This document shows, one piece after another, positions 38,465 to 46,417 of a DNA stretch of 64,000 nt (positions within the stretch are counted from its first letter, which is position 1; each line of letters begins with the position of its first letter). The stretch lies in the IMG/VR virus record IMGVR_UViG_3300018080_000121, positions 57,293 to 121,292 of that record. One strand, given 5' to 3'. A program made the translations under genes and the position numbers. Source of the stretch: a virus. The notes beneath the pieces are model-generated. The model was not told the origin of the DNA. It searched no databases and saw only the letters and a program-made list of their open reading frames with translations.

Positions 38465-39226
38465 ATGGCGAACAAAAAACCCGCGCTACATGAAGTACTG
38501 GCTGTTGTTGGTGACCTCAAGGGAGCCAAGGATAAAATTAAGATTGAAACTGAGAACACATTCAGAAAGAATGTTTCTCTTTTCCAAGGATCTTCCAGAC
38601 GACTCGAAATGTTCGAGGACTCCAGAAAACAGGAGGAAATGTCTGAGTCCAAATCTCTTACCACTACGGTAATGGAGAAGCTGACTTACATGAAGAAATC
38701 CTTCATTAAGTTCTGGGACGCCAAGGTCCAGAAAGAAGGAACTGCACAGTTGGCGCAAGCTGACATTGTTGTTGATGGGGAAACCCTAGCAACAAATATT
38801 CCTGTGTATTTTCTTTTGGAACTCGAGACGGAGTTGAAAGAACTGAGACGAGTTCTTGATGCTATTCCTACTCTGGCTCAGGGACCTACCTGGATCGAGG
38901 ATCCTACGGAACGAGCTGGGGTTTATAAAGCTCAGGATTCTACCATCACAATGAAGACTGAAAAGAGATATCAGCACAATGTGATGGTACCTGCTACCGA
39001 ACATCACCCTGCTCAGGTCCGCGAATGGACTGAGGATGTTCCTGTTGGTCGTTATGTGGCTGACCAGTGGAGTGGAATGATGTCTTCTGCTGAGAAATCT
39101 GCATTGATCGCAAGACTTGACAAACTATACCGCGCTGTTAAGAAAGCGAGACAGCGAGCAAATACCCAAGAAGTTGTCAAGGGGAACATTGGAGCAGTCT
39201 TGTTCAAATACATTCTGGGTGAATAG
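38465..39226 (+). CDS. conserved helical hypothetical protein
   Basis: 253 aa; AAAGGAGG RBS; motifs IPVYFLLELE, IPTL, ATEHHPAQV, DVPVG...WSG, LYRAVKKARQRAN. Confidence 0.7.
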   Translation: MANKKPALHEVLAVVGDLKGAKDKIKIETENTFRKNVSLFQGSSRRLEMFEDSRKQEEMSESKSLTTTVMEKLTYMKKSFIKFWDAKVQKEGTAQLAQADIVVDGETLATNIPVYFLLELETELKELRRVLDAIPTLAQGPTWIEDPTERAGVYKAQDSTITMKTEKRYQHNVMVPATEHHPAQVREWTEDVPVGRYVADQWSGMMSSAEKSALIARLDKLYRAVKKARQRANTQEVVKGNIGAVLFKYILGE

Positions 39227-39240
39227 AAAGGAGATAGAAC

Positions 39241-39375
39241 ATGGGATTCTTTGAAGCGATTTGGTGGATCATCAAGAGCTTTGTAACATTCAATACGGAT
39301 CTTTATTCCGACGAGCTCATTCGTCGAGCCAACATCAGGTTTGAGAAAGAGCAGAGAATGAAGGGTTACAGATAA
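39241..39375 (+). CDS. small protein (44 aa, not in ORF track)
   Basis: AAAGGAG RBS; MGFFEAIWWIIKSFVTFNTDLYSDELIRRANIRFEKEQRMKGYR. Confidence 0.5.
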   Translation: MGFFEAIWWIIKSFVTFNTDLYSDELIRRANIRFEKEQRMKGYR

Positions 39376-39639
39376 AGTCGTGAAACCATTTTTACAGGTT
39401 AGAACATATTATAAATGGAAGAGTTTATAATCGACTAACCTGTAGAGGAGAACACTTATGAAATAACAGTTTAACATTGCTGGTTAAGCTTATACTTATA
39501 CTTATCATCTACGCGGCATGAGGCTCACATTAAATATGATAAATACTCAGAGAAGGGGGTTATAAAAATTAGATGAAACCCCCGGAGAGTTTATAAACGG
39601 GCCCTTGAGCAGCCGCTTATACTTATCTTATTGCACCAG

Positions 39640-39836
39640 CCAAACTTATCACGCATTCAACTGTTGACACATGGTGCTGTGACTCAAACAATTTACCTCG
39701 GTTGTCGGTTCAAGTCCGACCTGGGCGGCCATAATAGTATCAAAATGTTGGTATTATTATGAACGCCCAGTACCTCAATGGAAGAGGAGAGGTCAGTGTC
39801 CTACTGAAGTCCAGTATTCATAGATGCGATAGTTGG
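39640..39836 (+). ncRNA. circularly permuted tRNA-like RNA (YrlA-like or permuted tRNA)
   Basis: T-arm GTCGG-TTCAAGT-CCGAC 39704-20; acceptor 3' CTGGGCG+G+CCA 39721-31; acceptor 5' CGCCCAG 39764-70; D-arm CCTC-AATGGAA-GAGG 39773-87; anticodon stem ACCTC 39695-99 / GAGGT 39789-93. Confidence 0.75.
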
Positions 39837-39926
39837 GTGGATATTCGGGTGTTCGCACCCACTTGCATTATATGCTTGAAACATATAAATGGATGATGAA
39901 TATAAACGACAGGGGGAGTAGAGAAG

Positions 39927-40340
39927 GTGATCTCTACTCCCCCATTTTCCGTCGGAGGGAATCTTATGGAAGAAGAATACCACCATATCATTGGTGTTAG
40001 AACTGTACGCGCTGATAGCGGAAGACCAAAGTTATCATGCGACTTTGTAATCACAATTACGCCAGACCAAATTACTAAATCCCGCCTTGCTGAATCAATG
40101 TACAAAAACAAGTTATGGAAAACCACTTACCGAGAAGCGATTGAAGCGGTGGGTTTACAAGAGTTGGATGCTGCACTTTGGGCTTCCAAAATCAGAGCCA
40201 GTTCAAATATGATGACAATTCACAAATTTGTAACAAACTTTGAAATGACTAGAGAGGATTTTGATATCTTTGTACAAGCTGCGAATGTGTCAGATGGAAC
40301 TCTTAAGAAACTCATGGATGGAAAGATTGGAGGTGGTTAA
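39927..40340 (+). CDS. hypothetical protein
   Basis: likely ATG start near 39966 behind GGAGG. Confidence 0.55.
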   Translation: MISTPPFSVGGNLMEEEYHHIIGVRTVRADSGRPKLSCDFVITITPDQITKSRLAESMYKNKLWKTTYREAIEAVGLQELDAALWASKIRASSNMMTIHKFVTNFEMTREDFDIFVQAANVSDGTLKKLMDGKIGGG

Positions 40341-40342
40341 AG

Positions 40343-40597
40343 ATGTGGGGTAGAATAACAACTGAATGTCCTGAATGTAGCGAGGAAGCTTCAGATATCT
40401 ATAGAGTGGGTGATTGTAAATATATTGTATGTACTCATTGTGGCTTAGTGATATATGCTGAGGAAACATACATAGTTCGTAATGCCTTACATCTCGATAG
40501 ACTAAAAGGACTTACACCAGATAACATTACACTTAACGACTTTGAGACAGTTTCTGAAGGAACAAGTGGATCAATCTTTATCGGACAAGAATGTTAG
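40343..40597 (+). CDS. zinc-ribbon protein
   Basis: CPEC...YIVCTHCG. Confidence 0.6.
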   Translation: MWGRITTECPECSEEASDIYRVGDCKYIVCTHCGLVIYAEETYIVRNALHLDRLKGLTPDNITLNDFETVSEGTSGSIFIGQEC

Positions 40598-40608
40598 GGG
40601 AGGGAAGG

Positions 40609-41016
40609 ATGAAAAGGAAAGCTGATTTTGTTACAAACTCAAGTAGTACTTCTTTTATTGCGATGGGGGTTGAATTTAATATCCCTGACGAAATGAAACA
40701 AACTGCGTTTGACAGAGCAGTTGCGTGGCATAAAGAAAAGGGATATAGCTTTGACTATAAGTCTGTAGATGAACTCTTTGAATCTGATTACGAAGGAATT
40801 GAAGCAGTTAGGTCGATGCTCGAAGAGTTGGGTCTTGAATGTGATTCCGACCCGTATGGTGATAGGGAATTGTTCGTAGGAATGCACCCGCAAAAAATGA
40901 ATGATGACGAAACACTACGTGAATTCAAACAACGAATTCTTGATCTTCTTAACCAGTTTGGAAAATTTACAATGGAGGACATTGGTTGGTTGGAAGATTG
41001 TAGATGGGATGGATAA
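40609..41016 (+). CDS. FVTNSSS-tag protein 8
   Basis: ATG 40609; MKRKADFVTNSSSTSFIA. Confidence 0.75.
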   Translation: MKRKADFVTNSSSTSFIAMGVEFNIPDEMKQTAFDRAVAWHKEKGYSFDYKSVDELFESDYEGIEAVRSMLEELGLECDSDPYGDRELFVGMHPQKMNDDETLREFKQRILDLLNQFGKFTMEDIGWLEDCRWDG

Positions 41017-41028
41017 AAGGAGAATAGC

Positions 41029-41640
41029 ATGGAACCAGTAGTATTAAATATCGCAGCTGGAAAAATGGACCCGTTGGGATTGAAGTCGCCCCCAGCCCAC
41101 TATGTGGTAAATCTTGACACGATGTATTATAGAGCATCTTCTCCAGAAGATGTTGAAAGTATCTACAGTTTATGGATACGTCAAGTTCCACATATTGACA
41201 GGAAAAAGATAGTACATTGTAATGAGGATGCGTTCAGGTTTATGGAACGAACTAAACTTCAATTTGACGTCATTACTTGCTATCGATTTCTTGAACATGT
41301 GAGTTTTACACAAGTTCCATATTTCATCTATCTTATGTCGACATGTCTTAAGATAGGCGGAATTGTGGACATCATTGTTCCGAATTATACAACGTTGGCG
41401 AGAATGGTTATTAATGAGGTACCTGGTGGTCCGAATTTTGAAGCGGACAACATATTACTGACTACCGAGTTACTCAATGAGCCCGGATGTCCTCATGCGT
41501 CAATATGGACAGCCCTTCGAGCAAAATATTTCTTCCATCTCGAGGGGAGATTTGAAGTAATCAATGAGACAATTACAGAGAGTTTCGAATATGATGGACG
41601 AGATATCTATCTCAGATTTCAAGCGAGGAGGATTCGATAA
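41029..41640 (+). CDS. class I SAM-dependent methyltransferase
   Basis: VLNIAAG, NLD, FDVITCYRFLEHV, LKIGGIVDIIVPN. Confidence 0.8.
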   Translation: MEPVVLNIAAGKMDPLGLKSPPAHYVVNLDTMYYRASSPEDVESIYSLWIRQVPHIDRKKIVHCNEDAFRFMERTKLQFDVITCYRFLEHVSFTQVPYFIYLMSTCLKIGGIVDIIVPNYTTLARMVINEVPGGPNFEADNILLTTELLNEPGCPHASIWTALRAKYFFHLEGRFEVINETITESFEYDGRDIYLRFQARRIR

Positions 41641-41840
41641 TGGAACAATCACATTGGATTATCGATCCCACTTGCAGTAGATGTAATGGAATGGCGGAAC
41701 GAGTATATGTAAGTCCAACGAAAAGAACAATTACCTGCTTCGACTGTGGGTTAGTTAGAGTTGAAGAATTGCGGACGTGGGAATGCACATTAGAATACTT
41801 TCCTGAAGGGAGTTCAAATGGCGAAAAAGAAGCAGCCTAA
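41640..41840 (+). CDS. zinc-ribbon protein
   Basis: CSRC...ITCFDCG. Confidence 0.6.
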   Translation: MEQSHWIIDPTCSRCNGMAERVYVSPTKRTITCFDCGLVRVEELRTWECTLEYFPEGSSNGEKEAA

Positions 41841-42144
41841 GAAGCAAGGCGTTTGTAAACGTTGTGGAGCAGATATACGAAACACAAATCGACTGGTATT
41901 CTGTTCAGATAGATGCTCCCAAATTTGGTTTCGTGACAACCACAAAAAGGAAAGAAATAAATACAAAAAGAAAAACTATATGGACTTTAAAAATGGGAAA
42001 TCATGGGTTGCATGCAAATGTCCCAAGTGTGAAAAGATTCATAAGGTTAAAATGAAGTGGATCGGAAATGGAATGCCGAGAAAATTCTGTAAGAAGTGCA
42101 TTACACATCTTGGTCAGATTTACAGCGGAGCGATTGCTGCATAG
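41818..42144 (+). CDS. double zinc-finger basic protein
   Basis: CKRC...FCSDRC and CPKC...FCKKC. Confidence 0.6.
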   Translation: MAKKKQPKKQGVCKRCGADIRNTNRLVFCSDRCSQIWFRDNHKKERNKYKKKNYMDFKNGKSWVACKCPKCEKIHKVKMKWIGNGMPRKFCKKCITHLGQIYSGAIAA

Positions 42145-42149
42145 GTTAG

Positions 42150-42326
42150 CTGGGATCCTACCTGTACACGGCCTCTGCAGGTAGGTTGCATGGGGGTTTC
42201 ATGCCACGTCTGCTAGCTATGCGTGAGTCACAGATAGTCCCGTGCGTAAAGTTGTTTTGCTACTGTGACGTCCTTTGGGAAAGATGCTCGGGGGTCTAAT
42301 CCTTTAACAATAGCTAGTAACCCCCA
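42150..42326 (+). ncRNA. candidate structured RNA
   Basis: intergenic, GC-richer than its flanks, at least five helices (see findings). Confidence 0.45.
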
Positions 42327-42349
42327 ACTTCTTATGAAAAGGAGTGAAT

Positions 42350-42496
42350 ATGTTTAAATGGTTAAAGAAATTGTTTAAGAAAAAACCATCTATATATGAT
42401 TCGCCAATGATGTGTCCAGATTGTGGTTGTGATATGTTGATGGTTGCAGATCCAGAAGTTCACTGGAAATGTATTGGTTGTAAGAGAGGATGGTAG
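42350..42496 (+). CDS. small zinc-ribbon protein with amphipathic basic N-terminus (48 aa, not in ORF track)
   Basis: AAGGAG RBS; MFKWLKKLFKKK...CPDCG...WKCIGCKRGW. Confidence 0.6.
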   Translation: MFKWLKKLFKKKPSIYDSPMMCPDCGCDMLMVADPEVHWKCIGCKRGW

Positions 42497-42497
42497 A

Positions 42498-42992
42498 ATG
42501 AATGAAATCGACTGGGATGATCCCATAGTTCTAGCAGAACAATCAGAAGAGTTGCGGCTGTCTCACGCAATAGCGATCGCAGCTGAAGCTCATAAGTATA
42601 CACTTGATAAAGGAGGACGCCCATATATACTCCACCCACTTACAGTTATGTTTCGATTTACTGATCCTATTGATCAAATGGCAGCTGTACTACACGATCT
42701 CATAGAAGATACATCCTATACTCTTGATGATTTATGGAGATTTGGTTTTGGAATACAGGTCGTAAATACGGTAGATGCGTTGACAAGACGAGAAGGTGAA
42801 ACTGTAAGGGAGTATTATGATAGATTGAAAGGAGATGAAAGAGCAGTAAGAATTAAGATGGAAGATCTAAGTCACAATATGGAGGTGATAAGATTTAAAA
42901 GAATGTTAGAAAAGAAGGACATTAACCGACTCAAAATGTACCATAAGATGTGGTTAGAACTATGGACATTCAAGGAAGGAGTGATAGCTTGA
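42498..42992 (+). CDS. HD-domain hydrolase, RelA/SpoT hydrolase-only type
   Basis: AAEAH...DKGGRPYILHP, AAVLHDLIEDT, ALTR, IKMEDLSHN. Confidence 0.85.
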   Translation: MNEIDWDDPIVLAEQSEELRLSHAIAIAAEAHKYTLDKGGRPYILHPLTVMFRFTDPIDQMAAVLHDLIEDTSYTLDDLWRFGFGIQVVNTVDALTRREGETVREYYDRLKGDERAVRIKMEDLSHNMEVIRFKRMLEKKDINRLKMYHKMWLELWTFKEGVIA

Positions 42993-43357
42993 AAAAGAAA
43001 CTTGATTTCGTAACCAACTCATCATCTACATCTTTTATCATTGGAGATATGAGAGGTGACATTGATGACGCAATTGGGAAGGTGACCATTACAGTAAATC
43101 TCCGAGACTTCCTGGAGAAATCAATCGAAACAAGAGAGGAACTCCACGACTTTTGGGAATACTGGTATGGGGATTTTGAAACTCGAACAGAGGACTACGA
43201 AAAGTGTTGTAAGATTATTGACGATGGCGGTGTAATCCACGTCCTCAACGTCAGTAATGAGGGAGAGGTAATAGAGGCAGTCATTCAAGATGAAGGATTG
43301 AATGACATGGATTTGCCAGATCATATTATTGTGATTCAAGGAGAAGGAGGTTATTAG
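42989..43357 (+). CDS. FVTNSSS-tag protein 9
   Basis: TTG 42989 behind AAGGAG; (M)KKKLDFVTNSSSTSFII. Confidence 0.75.
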   Translation: MKKKLDFVTNSSSTSFIIGDMRGDIDDAIGKVTITVNLRDFLEKSIETREELHDFWEYWYGDFETRTEDYEKCCKIIDDGGVIHVLNVSNEGEVIEAVIQDEGLNDMDLPDHIIVIQGEGGY

Positions 43358-43358
43358 A

Positions 43359-44792
43359 ATGTCGAAGATACCTGGAATGGACGACATGGATCCAATGGAA
43401 GCAGTAAAGAAAGCAAAGGAAATCAAGGACGAGGCTATTGGAAGAGTGAAAAAGAAAGGGAAGAGATGGTTGGTGATCACAGGTTGTGTCATCATAGCGC
43501 TGTTTGTAGCACCATTCATTTGTACAACGGTTGAAAGAGGTACTTACCACATCAAACAGACAGCGATCTTTGGTACAATGTACGCAAAGACTAGTCCTGG
43601 TATCTGGTTGCAACTATGGGGTGATATCGATGTGTGGCCTAAAGCTTTCACATTCTTCTTTACCCATGACAAGGATACCGACTCTGATACCCACGGAGAC
43701 CTTTCTATGGAAGTTCGATTTGTAGATGGGTCGAAGTGTAAGATCTCAGGGACCGCTCGTGTTGTGATGCCAACAGATGAAGATACCGCCTTGACGTTGG
43801 TTACAGAACACAACTATAAAACCTGGAAACAGGTAAGAGATCTCTTAATCCGACCGACAATTCGTAATGCTCTCAGAATGACCGCAAATATGATGACAGC
43901 TCAAGAGAGTTATTCATCCAAACGAATTAACTACAACGAGTGGGCTAGAGACCAAATTGAGAACGGGTTGTACCAGACAATGGATGAAAGTCGTCTCGTC
44001 GAGGATCTGGTTTCAGGAGATAAGGTTATGAAGACGTTTAAGGTAATTAAACGTGAACCTGCGATTGATGAGAAAACTGGAAAACAAATGGTAGATAATG
44101 AGGGAAATCTCATGTGGGGTGTACCTCTTTATCAAAAGAACCCGTTGGAAGGGACTGGCATTCATCTTGAAAACTTTGAGGTAAAATCCTTTGAGTATGC
44201 TGATAAGGTGAAAGATCAGATTGCTACACAACAGGAAGCCTTTATGGCGGTTGCTACTGCTAAAGCAAAGAAGCAAGAAGCGGAACAGCGTAAGCTCCAA
44301 ATTGAGGCTGAAGGTAAAACAGAAGTAGCGAAAGCTAAATACGAGGAAGAACAAATCAAGGTTCGTGCTGTGGTTGTAGCTGAAAGGGAGAAAGAAGTTC
44401 GTGAGTTGAACGCAGCGAGGGATAAGAACGTAGCAGTGATTGCTGGTAAACAAAGGAAAGAAGTTGCTGCTCTGGACAAAGCTGCTGCTGAGCTGAACAA
44501 GAAAAAGAATATCCTTGACGGTGAGGGTATCGCAAAGAAGAAACAACTGATCCTCGATGCTGACGGCGCACTCCAACAGAAGCTGGATACCTATCAAACG
44601 GTCATGGCTAAGTGGGCAGATGCTTTCGAAAACAGAAAAGTGCCAGCTTATATGATGATTAGTGGTGGAGCGGGCGGAACAGGTGGCAATCATCCTGACG
44701 CCCAGACCGCCCAGTTTATGGCGAATCTCAACGCGCTAACCCTTCAGTCGTTGGGATTGAATATTGACATTAAGAAGGGGCGTCAGAAATAG
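43359..44792 (+). CDS. SPFH/Band-7 (flotillin-like) membrane protein
   Basis: N-terminal TM (WLVITGCVIIALFVAPFIC), SPFH core (VRFVDG...IRNALRMTA), Ala/Glu-rich flotillin coiled coil. Confidence 0.75.
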   Translation: MSKIPGMDDMDPMEAVKKAKEIKDEAIGRVKKKGKRWLVITGCVIIALFVAPFICTTVERGTYHIKQTAIFGTMYAKTSPGIWLQLWGDIDVWPKAFTFFFTHDKDTDSDTHGDLSMEVRFVDGSKCKISGTARVVMPTDEDTALTLVTEHNYKTWKQVRDLLIRPTIRNALRMTANMMTAQESYSSKRINYNEWARDQIENGLYQTMDESRLVEDLVSGDKVMKTFKVIKREPAIDEKTGKQMVDNEGNLMWGVPLYQKNPLEGTGIHLENFEVKSFEYADKVKDQIATQQEAFMAVATAKAKKQEAEQRKLQIEAEGKTEVAKAKYEEEQIKVRAVVVAEREKEVRELNAARDKNVAVIAGKQRKEVAALDKAAAELNKKKNILDGEGIAKKKQLILDADGALQQKLDTYQTVMAKWADAFENRKVPAYMMISGGAGGTGGNHPDAQTAQFMANLNALTLQSLGLNIDIKKGRQK

Positions 44793-44801
44793 GAGGATTC
44801 T

Positions 44802-45083
44802 ATGTATGCAGGTTTCCTCATTCAAATAGCATGTGTTGCTATAGTAGCGTGGTTAATCTGGAAGAAGTTTGGTGACAAAATAATGTTATTCTTTGGAGGT
44901 GAATCGCCGGAGGAGGTGAAGACGCGACTCCAAGAGAGGATTGAGCAATTGAAGATCGCTCAAGAACAACTGAAAGCAATGAGGCAAGAGGTAGAGGTCA
45001 CAAAAGAGCTTAGAGCAGTTACAACTGAGCTTGAGAAAGAAATGAAAGCATTATCAAAAGTCAATAAAAAACTGGGTGTATAG
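44802..45083 (+). CDS. single-TM coiled-coil protein
   Basis: N-terminal TM, then heptad repeats; AGGAGG RBS. Confidence 0.6.
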   Translation: MYAGFLIQIACVAIVAWLIWKKFGDKIMLFFGGESPEEVKTRLQERIEQLKIAQEQLKAMRQEVEVTKELRAVTTELEKEMKALSKVNKKLGV

Positions 45084-45110
45084 AATACCCAACATGAAAG
45101 GAGATTTAAA

Positions 45111-46181
45111 ATGGCAGACGCAGCACAAGAAGTTGTAGAGAACACGGAAGAGTTGGAAGCAACAACCGAGGAGAACGAAGTGGAAGCTTCCGGAGATCTG
45201 GAGAATCACGGTTTTCCTGTTGGTGATGATGACGAGATTGAAACGGTTGAGGAAGAAGATGAAGTCGTAAATCGTCGTCAGACCTTCGCAGATCGTATTG
45301 AGGATATGGGGTTGACCGAAATGGGAGACGGGTGCTACCACTACGCTGACGAGCATTGTGAGGTGGCTTACAGGTCTCTTTATACCGGAGGTGGTGCAGA
45401 GATTATGGACAATGTCGCTGTTCCGCATTTGTCCCTGTTCACCAAGGGTCTTGAGGAAGATGATGACTGGAAGAGAGCTGGTTTGGTTTCCGACGCCTAC
45501 AGGTTTACTGGAAATGGTGCTCTCATTGAGGCGATCAAGGCCTCCATCGTCGACGCCGGTTCTCCCATCTTCAGGGAAGCTTCCTACCTTACCGCAAACA
45601 AAACCCAGATTCGTCATGAGATCATTGTCCAGAACGAGACTAATATTCCCTCCGTGGGTGATGTGTATCCGTTGATCGTCATCAAGAATAGCTACGATGG
45701 GACGATGGCAGCAAACATCAGTTTCGGGTTGTTCTTCAATGACTCCGACGATCTGGATGTTATGTTCGGTTCCAAGCAAAACTGGGGAAACATTCGCCAG
45801 GTTCATCTTGAGGGAGCACAAGCAGATCTAAGCGGTCCTCTTGGTGGATACGTCACTGCGTTTAGCGAGAACATCGCCGACTTGGTTCAGACGAATTTGG
45901 ATAATGAACTGACCGAACAAGAGATGCTCGCTACGCTGGATGTGATTGAACGGTCTGCTGGTAAGAAAAGGCGGGAAGCTTTGTCCGCAATCCTCGAAGA
46001 GATGCACGACGGGGAAGAGGGTGATACGCCCATGACAAGCTGGAAAATGTTCCATGCGATTACCCGGTTTAGCACGATGGAGAAAAACCTCAACGCCAAG
46101 CTCCTTCTGGAGAATATGGCTGAGAGAGTTCTGGTAGTTCCTCCACAAATGTTGGAGGTTCTGTCCGAACTCCAAGGGTAG
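45111..46181 (+). CDS. DUF932-like protein with acidic N-terminus
   Basis: PLIVIKNSYDGT...FGLF; TSWKMFHAITRF. Confidence 0.45.
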   Translation: MADAAQEVVENTEELEATTEENEVEASGDLENHGFPVGDDDEIETVEEEDEVVNRRQTFADRIEDMGLTEMGDGCYHYADEHCEVAYRSLYTGGGAEIMDNVAVPHLSLFTKGLEEDDDWKRAGLVSDAYRFTGNGALIEAIKASIVDAGSPIFREASYLTANKTQIRHEIIVQNETNIPSVGDVYPLIVIKNSYDGTMAANISFGLFFNDSDDLDVMFGSKQNWGNIRQVHLEGAQADLSGPLGGYVTAFSENIADLVQTNLDNELTEQEMLATLDVIERSAGKKRREALSAILEEMHDGEEGDTPMTSWKMFHAITRFSTMEKNLNAKLLLENMAERVLVVPPQMLEVLSELQG

Positions 46182-46188
46182 GTGAAAC

Positions 46189-46329
46189 ATGAAATGGTTG
46201 ATTGGAATTGGTATACTGTGCGCGATCGTATGGTATGTCAATAAAAGAGTCAAAGAAAGAACAGGTCGGTCAATACTCGACGCGATAGGTGATATCGCTG
46301 ATGATGTTAGCGACTTCGATGACGATTAG
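46189..46329 (+). CDS. small membrane protein (46 aa, not in ORF track)
   Basis: MKWLIGIGILCAIVWYVNKRVKERTGRSILDAIGDIADDVSDFDDD. Confidence 0.55.
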   Translation: MKWLIGIGILCAIVWYVNKRVKERTGRSILDAIGDIADDVSDFDDD

Positions 46330-46335
46330 GAAATT

Positions 46336-46371
46336 GGACCCCTCGGAATATATCTGAGGGGTCCATTTTTT
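46336..46371 (+). terminator. rho-independent terminator ending the early/middle block
   Basis: GGACCCCTCGG-N7-CTGAGGGGTCC followed by ATTTTTT. Confidence 0.8.
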
Positions 46372-46417
46372 GTTGTTATATTTTTTGAACAAAAAATAAA
46401 GTCAAAGGAGATCTAAG

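Noticed and set aside
39664-39692. sigma70 promoter from TTGACA
   Set aside because: The -10 match at normal spacing is poor (AACAAT), and the hexamer is better explained as part of the RNA stem.
39695-39793. two-piece (permuted) tmRNA
   Set aside because: It has a paired D-stem and a C1-G72 acceptor without the alanine G3-U70 identity pair, and no tag reading frame is evident.
39695-39800. conventional tRNA gene (for example tRNA-His from CA-GTG-TC)
   Set aside because: The halves are in inverted order and the would-be loop lacks the invariant U33, so no anticodon can be assigned.
6395-43040. FVTNSSS copies as a DNA repeat, CRISPR array or DGR template/variable repeat
   Set aside because: The copies are dispersed, in frame at gene starts and synonymously diverged. 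There is no spacer periodicity, no adenine-specific variation and no reverse transcriptase in the window.
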